Positions 1 through 10,065 of a stretch of DNA of 64,000 nucleotides are shown in pieces. Both the position numbers and the translations under genes were made by a program. A model generated the notes under the pieces. It did not search any database. It was given only the letters and a program-made list of their open reading frames with translations, and was not told the DNA's origin. The number at the start of each line of letters is the position of its first letter. Within the stretch, counting starts at the first letter, position 1. Origin of the DNA: Pseudomonadota bacterium (GTDB taxonomy: Bacteria; Desulfobacterota; Binatia; Binatales; Binataceae); NCBI GenBank assembly GCA_021325355.1, contig JAJPHI010000016.1:103733-167732 (forward strand), in the 5' to 3' direction.

Positions 1-1178
1 TCCAGCGCGTTAACATTGGCGAAGCTCAAGGTCAGGGTATCGAAACTGGCATTCTCAAAGACAAAGTATTTCAGATAACCGTCCTGCACGACCCATTGGA
101 TCGGGCCTATCGGTTCGCCGTTATTGGCGACGCCCCACGGCTCCGACGAACCGGGCTGCGGCGCTGGACATGAGGTCTCTGTGCAGCCGAAGATGGCGGT
201 TGACCAACCGCCGTCATTGGTGCCGCCGTCAGCCGGGTCACTGACGCTGTAACCGGGATAGTACTGAACACCGCCAGCGGTCGCGCCTTGATAGATCGCT
301 TCAAAGGTGGCCACCTGTGCCGCCGTCAGGCATCCGGGGGGTGACTTGCCGGCCGGGCACTCGAGCGATGCGACCTGAAAATTGCACGCCGGCGGGTCGA
401 GGACGAGACCTGCAGCCGGCCCGGTCGGATCGCCGCATTGCTTGACTACCGCCTGATCAACCAGATTGACGGCGCTCGGCGGCGGCTGTCCGCCGGGTGC
501 CAAAGTTGCCTGCTCGTTCCAGTTGAACCCCAGCGGAAAATCGCTGATAGCCGGATCGCCCGCCACGATTCCGTTGAAATCAGCAGGATAGTCTTCAGCT
601 TCGACAATTCCCTGGCGCCCGCCGGTCGAGCAGCCATCGAAATACGAATCCTGAATCCGCGATCCGTAATACGAGGCGATGAGCGACTGTGCCGCCTGGG
701 TCACCTGATGCACCGCCAGGTAGTCGTAGTCCTGGATGGCTGTCGTATTGCCCAGCGCCCACGAGGCGTCGGTGATATCGGTCGATTGATGACCGGTATC
801 GGTGCCGGCCACGGCGTAGTCGTCCTGTAGCGCGGTAAAGTAGTAGGTGGTGCCGGCCACTGTCGGGAGCAGCCCGGCGAAGACGCCGTTGCCGACAAAG
901 ACGAAGCGTGAGTTCCAGACGCTCGGGTCCGGTAGTCCGACTTCGTAGTTGATAACGTCGTTAAGCTGAGGATTGGTGGAGATTGATGCCGCCACCTGGC
1001 AGTAAGATACCGACCCTGTGATCGCGGGCGCGGCCGAGGTGATGGTACTGCCTTTTGGCGCGATGGCGGCGATGGCGGAAACTGAGCACGCCGGGACCGC
1101 CTTTGCGGTGGCCCGTCCGGCAATCATGACGCCGAAGGCCATCACGGCCAAGGTACCTGCTCGCTTTATCAAATGCAT
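1..1178 (-). CDS. tannase/feruloyl esterase family secreted hydrolase (partial; C-terminus runs off the window start)
   Basis: Hand translation of the minus strand from the ATG at 1178 gives a continuous ORF to position 1. It is absent from the track only because there is no in-window stop. It has an N-terminal signal-like segment (MHLIKRAGTLAVMAFGVMIAG). The GCSTGGRQG motif is the hallmark G-C-S-x-G-G nucleophile elbow of the tannase/feruloyl-esterase family. Confidence 0.75.
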   Translation of the reverse strand, partial: MHLIKRAGTLAVMAFGVMIAGRATAKAVPACSVSAIAAIAPKGSTITSAAPAITGSVSYCQVAASISTNPQLNDVINYEVGLPDPSVWNSRFVFVGNGVFAGLLPTVAGTTYYFTALQDDYAVAGTDTGHQSTDITDASWALGNTTAIQDYDYLAVHQVTQAAQSLIASYYGSRIQDSYFDGCSTGGRQGIVEAEDYPADFNGIVAGDPAISDFPLGFNWNEQATLAPGGQPPPSAVNLVDQAVVKQCGDPTGPAAGLVLDPPACNFQVASLECPAGKSPPGCLTAAQVATFEAIYQGATAGGVQYYPGYSVSDPADGGTNDGGWSTAIFGCTETSCPAPQPGSSEPWGVANNGEPIGPIQWVVQDGYLKYFVFENASFDTLTLSFANVNAL

Positions 1179-1497
1179 GTCGGTCGGTTCCCCCGTTCGT
1201 CGAAGACAGGAATTACGCAAAATTCCTTATCTTCCTGATGCGGATAGCCGCGGAAACAACATTAACAGAATACGTCACGCGATTAAATATTAAAGCATCG
1301 AAAAGTTAAATACAGCTCTAGAGTACGGGTCGTTGCAGAAAAAAGCATAGAATTGCTGAAGTCCCGCCTTGCCCCCACGGCGATGCACGTGCTGTCCCCC
1401 CAAGACGCAATCACGTCTCAATACGAACCCTATGACGTTGAAGTTTCGACTAAGACTTTGGCGTCAAGGCGAAAGACGGTCTAAGATCCGGGCCGAG

Positions 1498-1548
1498 TTG
1501 ACTTGTAGTTGCGGGTGCTTGACTTGTGGCTTCCCCAGTCGATATAGA
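1498..1548 (+). promoter_or_regulatory. putative sigma70-like promoter with a duplicated TTGACTTGT element upstream of the 1637 gene
   Basis: TTGACTTGT occurs at 1498-1506 and again at 1519-1527, 21 bp apart. The second TTGACT is followed by an 18-bp spacer and TATAGA (1543-1548). The surrounding divergent intergenic region is AT-rich. Confidence 0.35.
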
Positions 1549-1636
1549 AACCGGCTCGCGGGTTTCCACCGCGGCAAACATGAGCGCGACCGGCTAGACA
1601 AATAGACCGGAAGGAGCTCGCAGGGAGTGGCGTACA

Positions 1637-3040
1637 ATGCATGCCTCGTCGTTCTTCACGCGTCCGCTGCTGGTCGGTCTGGGCGTACTGGCGCTCCTGA
1701 TGTCAGCTCGAGGAGTCTCGAGCGCTCAGGATCAGACCTATGTTCCGCCGGACTACAAACCTGCGCCTGAGATGCAGCAATGGTTGACGGACACCGAGCA
1801 TCAGAACCCGGTGCCGGTCGGAACCGTGATCACTACTGCGAACTGGCAGCAATATAAGGAAGAGATGCCCTACGGTCTGCAGACCCTGTTTTCGGGCAAG
1901 TATTTCTGGAAGATCCCGGCCGATGCTCAGATTCAGATCGGCGAAACGCAGATTCTGAGCCAGCCCAAACCCTATCTGGAAGCCGGCGAAAAGTACGGCA
2001 GCCAGACGTCAATCGGCGTTACCTCAAGCGGCCATCGCTATATCAAAAACTATCAAGGCGGGACGCCGTTTCCTGATGCGTTCAATCCCGGAATCAAAGA
2101 CCCTCAGAAAGGCTACAAGATTCTCGCCGACGATTATCTCTCGTGGGTGCCCGATCTCTACGCGCAACCGTTTGACCATCCGGGGGTCAGTTGCACACAG
2201 GATCGCTTCGGCAACATGAACTGCACGACGCTGGTCTGGATCTACACCCAGGTCGGTTGGAACACCGATCCCGGCGTGCCGCAGAACTATCCGCAGGCAG
2301 GCGACTCATGGTTCACGCAGTGGTTCACCGTCGTGACTCCGGAACAGTCGAAGTACGAGACCAATTTGACGATATTTTACAAAAATCCTGAGCGTGATCA
2401 GGACGACTACGTATTTATTCCATCGCTGCGACGTTCGCTGCGTCTATCGGTGACGGCGCGATGCGCTCCGGCGGCCGGCAGCGACCTCGTCCTTGACGAC
2501 TATTTTACGCCAGGCTTCAACGGTGGTTTGGCGATCTTTGACGCGACCTACCTGGGACGGCGGAAGCTGATGGTGCTCGAGGGCGACTTTACCCATCAGA
2601 CCGGTCACTTCCCCGATGATTGGGACATGCCGCTCGGCTTCCCCAAGCCTTCGTGGGGCAAGTGGCAGTTGCGCGACTACGACATTATCGACGTTCGCCG
2701 GATTCCGGCCGAAGCCAAAGGCTACTGTTACGGCAGCCGCGTGATGTACGTCGATTCCGTCTACCACTACGCGGCGTGGCTCGACATCTTCGATCAGAAC
2801 CTCAAGCACTGGAAAGTGCAGTTCTGGGCCTCACGCGCCGAGGATGTTCCCCCGTTGGGTCACGTGAATACCAATTCCGTGACACTCGGGGTATGGGACG
2901 TGCAGAACGATCACGCGACCTATCTGTCAACCTATGATGCGGCGGGGGTCGGCCCTTACTTCAACACGCAGGCGCCGCCCGAATATCACAATTTTACCAA
3001 GTACTGCTCGGCGAGCGGCTTGAATCAGATGATGCAATAG
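1637..3040 (+). CDS. secreted protein of unknown function (cleavable signal peptide; possibly DUF1329-like)
   Basis: The 467-aa ORF has a clear signal peptide (MHASSFFTRPLLVGLGVLALLMSARGVSSAQ) and aromatic-rich, globular-looking composition. I cannot place the family confidently. Confidence 0.6.
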   Translation: MHASSFFTRPLLVGLGVLALLMSARGVSSAQDQTYVPPDYKPAPEMQQWLTDTEHQNPVPVGTVITTANWQQYKEEMPYGLQTLFSGKYFWKIPADAQIQIGETQILSQPKPYLEAGEKYGSQTSIGVTSSGHRYIKNYQGGTPFPDAFNPGIKDPQKGYKILADDYLSWVPDLYAQPFDHPGVSCTQDRFGNMNCTTLVWIYTQVGWNTDPGVPQNYPQAGDSWFTQWFTVVTPEQSKYETNLTIFYKNPERDQDDYVFIPSLRRSLRLSVTARCAPAAGSDLVLDDYFTPGFNGGLAIFDATYLGRRKLMVLEGDFTHQTGHFPDDWDMPLGFPKPSWGKWQLRDYDIIDVRRIPAEAKGYCYGSRVMYVDSVYHYAAWLDIFDQNLKHWKVQFWASRAEDVPPLGHVNTNSVTLGVWDVQNDHATYLSTYDAAGVGPYFNTQAPPEYHNFTKYCSASGLNQMMQ

Positions 3041-3045
3041 ATTGA

Positions 3046-3092
3046 TCGTCGCCGCCCCGCCAGCCCGAATCAGGGCTTGCGGGCGGCGACGA
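3046..3092. terminator. imperfect GC-rich hairpin between convergent gene ends (bidirectional terminator-like)
   Basis: tcgtcgccgccc (3046-3057) pairs with gggcggcgacga (3081-3092). The right arm lies inside the last codons of the minus-strand methyltransferase. There is no clear U-tract. Confidence 0.3.
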
Positions 3093-3891
3093 CAAATACC
3101 ACGTAGCAGCCGAAGAAGCGCCCGGCGGCGTCGCGAGCGCGCAAGTCGGCGCATAACGCGGCCGCCGACTCCTGGCTGAGCGCCCCCTGGGCCACGGCGA
3201 TACCCGCGAAGTGCTCGAAGGGAAATAGCGTGTTCATCGCGGCCCAGCCGTTGACTATCACGGGATGAGGATGGACCGCGACCTCGTCGAGCCCGCCGTC
3301 AAGCATCAGGCGATAGAGCTGGCGACCCGCGAGACCGTTGCGCACCTGGTCGGCGAAGGCGCGGCATACCGCGCGCACGGCCGTCCGATCGGCGGTATCG
3401 ATAGCCATCGTGTCGAGGTCCGGCTCGCTGATGACGATACGCCCGCCGGGCCTGGTTATCCGCGCCATCTCGGCGATTGCGCGCGCCGGCTCGTCCAGAT
3501 GTACGAACAGGCGCTCGGCCGTGCAACCGTCAAAATGATTGTCGGGAAACCCGAGCTGCCGCGCATCGGCGACCTTGAATTCGATCGGCGACGAGGAGTC
3601 GCCATGACGTTGCCGGGCTTCGGCGATCATCGCCTCGCTGAGATCGACGCCGAGCGCGCGGCCCTGCGGCCCGGCGAGGTCGGCCAGCTCGCGCACGGCG
3701 TCGCCGGTGCCGCAGCCGACGTCGATCGCGCGGGCGCCGGGGGTCAGTCGCAAAAGCGCGAGGCGCAGGGCGCGCAGTTGACCGAGAGTTACCGCGGCGC
3801 CTTCGAGGTATGAAACCAGCCGATCGCTCGCGCCGGTCGCGTCCACTCGACTGAAGCCGCTCAGATCAAGAGCCGTCTTGGCATCGCCCAT
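3070..3891 (-). CDS. class I SAM-dependent methyltransferase
   Basis: Motif I IDVGCGTGD; Methyltransf_11/25-like fold signature (acidic residue after beta-2, PGGRIVISEP post-motif). Confidence 0.8.
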   Translation of the reverse strand: MGDAKTALDLSGFSRVDATGASDRLVSYLEGAAVTLGQLRALRLALLRLTPGARAIDVGCGTGDAVRELADLAGPQGRALGVDLSEAMIAEARQRHGDSSSPIEFKVADARQLGFPDNHFDGCTAERLFVHLDEPARAIAEMARITRPGGRIVISEPDLDTMAIDTADRTAVRAVCRAFADQVRNGLAGRQLYRLMLDGGLDEVAVHPHPVIVNGWAAMNTLFPFEHFAGIAVAQGALSQESAAALCADLRARDAAGRFFGCYVVFVVAARKP

Positions 3892-3924
3892 AGGGGATCT
3901 TCAAAACAGCGCGGAGGAATTGAG

Positions 3925-4827
3925 TCAACCGATAATCTTGTTCAGCGGATATTCGACAATCCCGACGGCGCCGGCGTCGAGCAGGCGCGGAAAGAGCTCG
4001 CGTACCGTGTGCTCGGCGATAACGGTCTCGACGGCACACCATTCCTTGCCTTTGAGATTCGGTGAGGCGTACAGCGGCGCCACCGTCGGCGCGGTAATCG
4101 AGGGGAGCAGGGCGATCACCGCTTCGAGCCGTTCACGCGGCACGTTCATCTTGATTCCGACGCGGCTCTCGGCGTCGAGCGCGCCTTTTATCAGGACGCC
4201 GATCTGCCGAATCTTGGCCTGTTTCCACGAATCTCTCCAGGCCGCCTGATTGGCCACCAGGACCGGCGTCGAGGTCAGCAGCTCCTCGACGATCCTGAGG
4301 CCGTTGGCGCGCAAGGAGGAACCCGTTTCGGTAACCTCGACCACCGCATCGACGAGCCCGTCGGCGGCCTTGGCCTCGGTCACGCCCCACGAGAACTCGA
4401 CTTCAACCGGCACCTTGCGCTGCTCGAAGAGACGACGCGTGAAGGCCACCATCTCGGTCGCCACGCGCTTCCCGGCGAGATCTTCGAGCCTCTGCACCGG
4501 CGACTTCTCGGGCACGCAGAGCACCCATCGGGTGGGCTGCAGCGACACCTTCGAATAAATGAAGCTTTCGACTTCGACCAAATCGACGCCGTTTTCGACG
4601 ATCCAGTCGCTGCCCGTAATCCCCGCATCGAGGGTGCCGTCGGCGATATAGCGCGGCATCTCCTGCGGTCGCAGCAGCCGGCAGCTTAACGTCGGATCGT
4701 CGGCGCGCGGGATATAGGAGCGCTCGCCGACCGAGATGCGCCATCCCGACCGGCGCATCAGTTCGAGAGTCTGCGCCTCGAGGCTGCCTTTCGGGAGGCC
4801 AAGTTTCAGGATTGGTTGAGAAGCCAC
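3925..4827 (-). CDS. hisG: ATP phosphoribosyltransferase, long form with C-terminal regulatory domain
   Basis: 300 aa, typical HisG-long architecture and sequence (LPKGSL...GITGSDW...). It is adjacent to hisI on the same strand. Confidence 0.9.
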   Translation of the reverse strand: MASQPILKLGLPKGSLEAQTLELMRRSGWRISVGERSYIPRADDPTLSCRLLRPQEMPRYIADGTLDAGITGSDWIVENGVDLVEVESFIYSKVSLQPTRWVLCVPEKSPVQRLEDLAGKRVATEMVAFTRRLFEQRKVPVEVEFSWGVTEAKAADGLVDAVVEVTETGSSLRANGLRIVEELLTSTPVLVANQAAWRDSWKQAKIRQIGVLIKGALDAESRVGIKMNVPRERLEAVIALLPSITAPTVAPLYASPNLKGKEWCAVETVIAEHTVRELFPRLLDAGAVGIVEYPLNKIIG

Positions 4828-4829
4828 GA

Positions 4830-5258
4830 TCAGGATGCAGGTTTGGGATGATGCCCGTAGCCGGGGCCGTATTTCGCCGGATCGACCCGCCGCGAATCGA
4901 CGGTTCGCCAGTCATCGCCTTCGAGTACGCGGAAAAAGCAGGACTCGTAGCCTTCGTGACAGGCAGCCCGATCGCCGTGCTGGTCCACTCGCAGCAGGAT
5001 CGTGTCGGCGTCGCAATCGATACGGATTTCCCGCACCGTCTGGTGGTTACCGGATTCCTCGCCTTTGCGCCAGAGGCGGTTACGCGAGCGCGAAAAATAG
5101 CATGCGCGGCCCGTGTGGACCGTCTCTTCGAACGCTTCGCGATTCATATACGCAACCATCAGCAGACGGCCGCTCGCGAAATCCTGCGTGACGACGGGAA
5201 CGACGCCGCCGCCTTTGTCAAAATCAATTGCGCTTACCGGAGATGTTTTACTGCTCAC
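4830..5258 (-). CDS. hisI: phosphoribosyl-AMP cyclohydrolase
   Basis: 142 aa; conserved HisI core (GLVPVVTQD...MVAYMNREA...CHEG..SCF). Confidence 0.9.
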   Translation of the reverse strand: MSSKTSPVSAIDFDKGGGVVPVVTQDFASGRLLMVAYMNREAFEETVHTGRACYFSRSRNRLWRKGEESGNHQTVREIRIDCDADTILLRVDQHGDRAACHEGYESCFFRVLEGDDWRTVDSRRVDPAKYGPGYGHHPKPAS

Positions 5259-5405
5259 GGATCATCACTGCCTGAACCGTACAGTATGGCTAAAATCCGG
5301 TTCGATTCAACGCAGGGTCCGACATTGCGCCCGAAGCCCTTTACGGTGACCGGCCGAACCAGTTTCAATTGGCGTCCGTTAAAGATAGATTACGGCGCCG
5401 TGTTG

Positions 5406-6305
5406 ATGACACTTCCAGGCGCCGGCCGGCGTGCAGGCGACGGGTCGACCGTAACCCGCCGGTTGCACGTCTTGGCGATGGTCGCGCTCATTGCCGGATT
5501 GGGGTTGACGGCATGCGCGCGGCGCGTCGGAAGAATTGCGGCGCCGGCGGAGCCCGGACTTAAGACGCGCTCCTTCTCCTTTCAAATCACTTCGGGAAAG
5601 GATCGCTTCCAGATCGAGGGGTTCAGCATGCGACCGCGCCGACCGGGGCGGCTGCCGACCCTGCTCATTCTCAATGGCGATCGCGGCGACGCGCGCCAGT
5701 GTATCGATAGCACGCGCGGCTTTGCGCGGCTCGGCCTTGAAGTGGCCTGCATCAGTATCCCGGGTTACGGCAAATCCTCGGGCCCGGGACGCTTTGTCGG
5801 TCCGCAGGCGGTGCTCGCCGCGCGGCATGCCCTCGATCTGCTGGCAGCCAGCCCCGAGGTCGATCCCAGCCGGATTGCGGTATGGGGGATGGCGGACGGC
5901 GCGGTGGCGGCGGGACTCTTGATGGACTCCGATACGCGACCGCGCGCGCTGATTCTGCAATCGGGCGCTTACGACCCGCTCACCTTATGGCCGCAGGCAT
6001 CGTTGCGCACCAAGCTGCGCATCCTGCGCCAGGTGTGGCCGAGCCGTCAGGCGCTGACCCGTCGCAGTGTGATCGCTCATCTGCCGCCGCGCCTCGATTG
6101 CAAGGTGCTGATACTTCATGGTGAGCGCGACACGCGGGCGCCGGTCGCGCAGGCGAAGGATCTCGCCGCCAATCTGCGCACACGCGGCGCCTTCGTCGAG
6201 TCCTACTATTTTCCGCGCGGTTCGGACGAACTCGGCGCGAGCGTTGACGGACCGCTACGCAGTTTTCTTGAGACCAATCTCCTGAGCTCCCAGGCCGCTT
6301 CGTGA
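5406..6305 (+). CDS. alpha/beta-hydrolase (dienelactone hydrolase / S9 peptidase-like) lipoprotein
   Basis: The track ORF 4812-6305 overlaps hisI on the opposite strand. The realistic start is the ATG at 5406, which gives a signal peptide with lipobox LTAC. The nucleophile elbow is GMADG (G-x-S/A-x-G variant), with a C-terminal HGERD motif. Confidence 0.65.
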   Translation: MTLPGAGRRAGDGSTVTRRLHVLAMVALIAGLGLTACARRVGRIAAPAEPGLKTRSFSFQITSGKDRFQIEGFSMRPRRPGRLPTLLILNGDRGDARQCIDSTRGFARLGLEVACISIPGYGKSSGPGRFVGPQAVLAARHALDLLAASPEVDPSRIAVWGMADGAVAAGLLMDSDTRPRALILQSGAYDPLTLWPQASLRTKLRILRQVWPSRQALTRRSVIAHLPPRLDCKVLILHGERDTRAPVAQAKDLAANLRTRGAFVESYYFPRGSDELGASVDGPLRSFLETNLLSSQAAS

Positions 6306-6318
6306 TCGAGTTGCCGCG

Positions 6319-7350
6319 TTGAGGGTTTATCGCAGCACGCTTTGGTTGCTGGCGCTGTTGGCGACGTCATGCGCCGCGATGCCATGGAGTTCGCCTGCGC
6401 CATCGTCCGCCGCAAGCGCCGGGAAGCTGACGGTAGCCGCCGGCGGACCGCAATCCGCGGTCGCGATCACCGCGCCGTTTGCGATTACCACCGGCCCCGA
6501 CGGCGCGGTCTGGTTCGGCGAGTTCAGCACGAATCGCATCGGACGCATCTCCCTGACCGGCGAGACCAGGACCTTCCTGCTTTCGGACGGCGGACTCATC
6601 GAGCGGATGGTCACCGGTCCGGATGACGCGATCTGGTTCACCGATCCGACGTCCAACCGAATCGGGCGGGTCGATACCAGCGGCTCCACGGTCTACGTCA
6701 AGCTGCGGGTCCCGCGCTGCGGGCCGGCCAGCATCACGCTCGGTCCTGATGGCAATCTGTGGTTCACCGAACACGTTACGAACCGCATCGGCCGCGTTAC
6801 GCCGCACGGAACCTTGACCGAGTTTCAGGTGCCGGGCGACGCCGGGCTCGCAGGGATCGCTGCGGGCGCCGACGGAAGGCTCTACTTTGCCGAGAATCGC
6901 GGCAATCAGATCGGACGCATCACGCCCGACGGTTACATTGACGAGTTCCCGCTTCCCCATCCGGGAAGCGAGCCTAACTCGGTCGTGCGCGGGCCTGATA
7001 ACAGCATCTGGTTTACGGAACTGCGTTCAGCGCGCCTGGGGCGGCTGTCCCCGGACGGTCAGATGACCGAGTTCGTGCTCGAAGTGGCGGCGCCGCCGAT
7101 TGGTCTCGCCAGCGGTCCGGACGGCCGTCTCTGGGTGACGTTTCCTGCCGCGCATGCGATCTCGCGGGTGGCGACCGACGGCAACAGTCATACCTTTCGT
7201 TTCCCCGCCAGCGTGACGCCGATGCTGATCGTCGCGGGAGCCGACGGCAGCATGTGGTTCAGCGAACCTTCCGGCAAAATCGGGCGACTGACGATCCTCG
7301 GCGCGCTGACGGAGTACAACGTCGGGGCGAACGACCTGCCGATCGGGTGA
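6319..7350 (+). CDS. Vgb (virginiamycin B lyase)-like seven-bladed beta-propeller protein, secreted
   Basis: Signal peptide, then about seven repeats of the form TxGPDGxxWFTEx...NRIGRIT, which is typical of streptogramin-lyase family repeats. Confidence 0.7.
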   Translation: MRVYRSTLWLLALLATSCAAMPWSSPAPSSAASAGKLTVAAGGPQSAVAITAPFAITTGPDGAVWFGEFSTNRIGRISLTGETRTFLLSDGGLIERMVTGPDDAIWFTDPTSNRIGRVDTSGSTVYVKLRVPRCGPASITLGPDGNLWFTEHVTNRIGRVTPHGTLTEFQVPGDAGLAGIAAGADGRLYFAENRGNQIGRITPDGYIDEFPLPHPGSEPNSVVRGPDNSIWFTELRSARLGRLSPDGQMTEFVLEVAAPPIGLASGPDGRLWVTFPAAHAISRVATDGNSHTFRFPASVTPMLIVAGADGSMWFSEPSGKIGRLTILGALTEYNVGANDLPIG

Positions 7351-7475
7351 GGCCCAAATTCGGGATTCCCGAGCGCTCACGCGAATAAAGGAATCGCTAC
7401 CTGCGGCATCCGTTTTTGCGCTATAAAAGTGGTTTCGCACAAAAACATCTGGCGTCGGAAAAAGGGAGACAGGCG

Positions 7476-8375
7476 ATGGCTCGTCATCTGGAAGGCAAGG
7501 TTGCAGCGGTCACCGGCGGAGGGCGCGGCATCGGTCGCGAGGTGGCCAAAGCACTCGCGGCGCAGGGGGCCGCAGTTGTAGTCAATGACCTGGGTGTAAC
7601 TGTGGCGGGCCAGCGCGAAACCACCTCACCCGCCGATGATGTGGTCAAGGAGATTAAGGCGAGCGGCGGTACGGCCTCGTCGAACCATCTCGATATCGCC
7701 ACGCCCGATGGCGGCGAAGGCCTGGTGAATCAGGCGATCCGCGAATACGGCCAACTGGATATCCTGGTCAATGTCGCGGGAATTCTCCGCGATCGCATGA
7801 TCTTCAACATGACGATCGAGGAATGGGACGCGGTGCTTAATGTGCATCTGCGCGGCCATTTCTGCACGATGCGACCCGCGACCGCCCATATGCGCGAACG
7901 CAAGTACGGCCGGATCATCAACTTCTCGTCCAATGCGGCGCAGGGGAGCCCCGGACAGCCCAACTACGCCGCCGCCAAAGCCGGGATCCTCGGCCTCACC
8001 TACAGTACGGCGAATGCGATGCAGAAATACGGCGTTACCTGCAACGCGATCTTTCCGGGCGCGGCGACGCGCATGACCGATACCATCCCCGCCGGGCGGA
8101 TGGCCGGCGCGCCATCGAGCAGTGACTCGGTTGAAGGCAGTCCCATGGATCCGGCCAATGTTCCGCCGATTATCGTCTATCTGGCGAGCGACGAGGCCGC
8201 TGACGTCACCGGGCAGGTGTTTGGCGCCTCCGGCTATCGCATCTCGCGCTACACGCACATGAAACCGGATCGCGTGCTGATGGGCACCGGACGCTGGGAT
8301 ATCGATCAGCTCTTCAAGGTATTCAAGTCCACGCTTGGTCAGGGGATGGAACCGGCGCGGATGTTCCTCGCTTAA
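7476..8375 (+). CDS. SDR family NAD(P)-dependent oxidoreductase
   Basis: The start was moved to the ATG at 7476, which has a strong upstream RBS (aaagggagac). Motifs: TGGGRGIGR cofactor motif, NxAG, and Y-x3-K (NYAAAKAG). Confidence 0.85.
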   Translation: MARHLEGKVAAVTGGGRGIGREVAKALAAQGAAVVVNDLGVTVAGQRETTSPADDVVKEIKASGGTASSNHLDIATPDGGEGLVNQAIREYGQLDILVNVAGILRDRMIFNMTIEEWDAVLNVHLRGHFCTMRPATAHMRERKYGRIINFSSNAAQGSPGQPNYAAAKAGILGLTYSTANAMQKYGVTCNAIFPGAATRMTDTIPAGRMAGAPSSSDSVEGSPMDPANVPPIIVYLASDEAADVTGQVFGASGYRISRYTHMKPDRVLMGTGRWDIDQLFKVFKSTLGQGMEPARMFLA

Positions 8376-8397
8376 CGAGCGGGCCGGTTCGAATTGA

Positions 8398-8435
8398 CCT
8401 GCGGACCTTCGGGTCCGCAGGACGGTATCTTATTG
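8398..8435 (+). terminator. intrinsic terminator candidate downstream of the SDR gene
   Basis: Perfect 10-bp stem cctgcggacc / ggtccgcagg with a UUCG tetraloop (8398-8421), followed by a weak U-rich tract (tatcttatt). Confidence 0.45.
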
Positions 8436-8446
8436 CGCGAACTAAC

Positions 8447-9343
8447 GTGCCCGCGGTTGCGCCAGAATTCCTGATTGGTACCGCGTCATGGACCGATCCG
8501 ACGCTGATCAAGTCGGGGGCCTTCTATCCGCCCGCCGCGCGGAGCGCCGCCGCGCGTCTCGCGTTTTACGCCTCGCAGTTTTCGACCGTCGAAGTGGATT
8601 CGACCTTTTATGCTCTGCCGTCGGAAGAAAACGCGCGTTTGTGGGCGGCGCGGACCCCGCCCGATTTTGTCTTCAATATCAAGGCCTTTGCGTGGTTGAC
8701 GCAGCATGCGGCCGAATCGCGCCGCCTGCCCCGGATTATCCGCGCGGAATTGCCGGCAGCGGGATGCGAGGCCCGCATGAAAGCCCCCTCGCGCGAGCTT
8801 CTGGCGCTTGCCTTCGAAATGTTCTGGAGCGCCCTCAAGCCCCTGCGCGAAGCCGGCAAACTCGGCCTGCTCTTGTTCCAATTCCCCCCTTACATCACGC
8901 AAAAAGTCAGCAATTTCGACTTCATTGAGTCGCTGCCGGCGCGGCTCCCCGGGGCTGCGATCGCCATTGAGTTTCGTCATCCGAGCTGGTTTGCCGGCGA
9001 GGCCGAGCGGAGGGCGACGCTCAAGTTCCTGCGCGATAATCGCATGACGCTGGTCGCCGTCGATGCGCCGCCCGGAGTGGGGCTGCCGCTGATTCTCGAT
9101 CCGACCACCAATCAGGTCTACGTCCGTTTTCACGGGCGTAATCGGGAGAACTGGTATAAACATACAAGCGGTGCGGCCGAACGCTTCAAGTACCTTTATG
9201 CGGAACGCGAGCTCGAGGAGTGGGCCGTCCGCCTGCAGCAACTGCGCGGAAGGGTCCGTCGCGCCTTCGTGATTTTCAATAACTGCTACAGTAATTTCGG
9301 CGTTATGAACGCCACCACGATGAGCCAGATGCTCAGGCGCTAG
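8447..9343 (+). CDS. DUF72 family protein (YecE-like)
   Basis: N-terminal IGTASW...FYP...TVEVDSTFY matches the DUF72 signature. 298 aa. Confidence 0.8.
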   Translation: MPAVAPEFLIGTASWTDPTLIKSGAFYPPAARSAAARLAFYASQFSTVEVDSTFYALPSEENARLWAARTPPDFVFNIKAFAWLTQHAAESRRLPRIIRAELPAAGCEARMKAPSRELLALAFEMFWSALKPLREAGKLGLLLFQFPPYITQKVSNFDFIESLPARLPGAAIAIEFRHPSWFAGEAERRATLKFLRDNRMTLVAVDAPPGVGLPLILDPTTNQVYVRFHGRNRENWYKHTSGAAERFKYLYAERELEEWAVRLQQLRGRVRRAFVIFNNCYSNFGVMNATTMSQMLRR

Positions 9344-9348
9344 CGCTT

Positions 9349-10065
9349 ATGTTGCGTCTTTACCAGTTCGCCGCCAGCCCGTATTGCGCCAAGGTCCGTA
9401 AAATCCTCGACTACAAGGGCGTCGCCTACGAAGTCGTCGAGGTGGATTATGTCGATCGCGCGCTGTTGCTGGCGGCCTCCGGGCAGATCATGGTGCCCGC
9501 GCTAACCCTCGAAGATGGCCGCACGATCGTCGACTCCGATCAAATCGCCAACCACCTCGACGAACTCTATCCCGAGCCGACGATTTTTCCGCCCGACTGG
9601 AGCGGCATCCACGTGGCCCTCGCGCGCTATTTCGATACCGAACTGGAAGACGCGCTGTTTCGCGCCGCGATTCCCGACCTGATCAACCATTACCGCCGCC
9701 GCGGCCCGGCACACGAGGCCCTATGGCGCCTGATACGCGAACGTAAGTACGGGTCGGGCTTCTGTGACGAGATGGTGCGGGAGCACGTCGCACGTTTTGC
9801 CCGCGTGAGCCGGATGCTCGCGCCGCTCGACGCGACCCTGGCAAATCGCGGCTTTCTGCTCGGGCGAATCGGCTATGCCGACTTTGCGCTTTACGGTCAG
9901 CTCACCTATCTGGCGGTGTCAGGCGAAGTGAAGATCCCCGCCGAACTCCATCATCTGCGCGCCTTCTTTTTCAGAATGGACCGTATCACCGCGAGTATCG
10001 ATGACGATCGCGTCATGCCACCGGATCCAGCGGGTACGCCATCGCCGCCGCCAGAAAACGGCTGA
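9349..10065 (+). CDS. glutathione S-transferase family protein
   Basis: Thioredoxin-like N-domain with the SPYC motif, followed by a helical C-domain. Confidence 0.65.
   Translation: MLRLYQFAASPYCAKVRKILDYKGVAYEVVEVDYVDRALLLAASGQIMVPALTLEDGRTIVDSDQIANHLDELYPEPTIFPPDWSGIHVALARYFDTELEDALFRAAIPDLINHYRRRGPAHEALWRLIRERKYGSGFCDEMVREHVARFARVSRMLAPLDATLANRGFLLGRIGYADFALYGQLTYLAVSGEVKIPAELHHLRAFFFRMDRITASIDDDRVMPPDPAGTPSPPPENG

Noticed and set aside
4812-5405. N-terminal 198 codons of track ORF 4812-6305
   Set aside because: They overlap hisI and hisG on the opposite strand. The hydrolase clearly starts at the signal peptide (ATG 5406).
8381-8396. GGTTCGAAT T-loop-like motif suggesting a tRNA
   Set aside because: There is no matching acceptor or anticodon arms. 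It sits inside a terminator-containing spacer.
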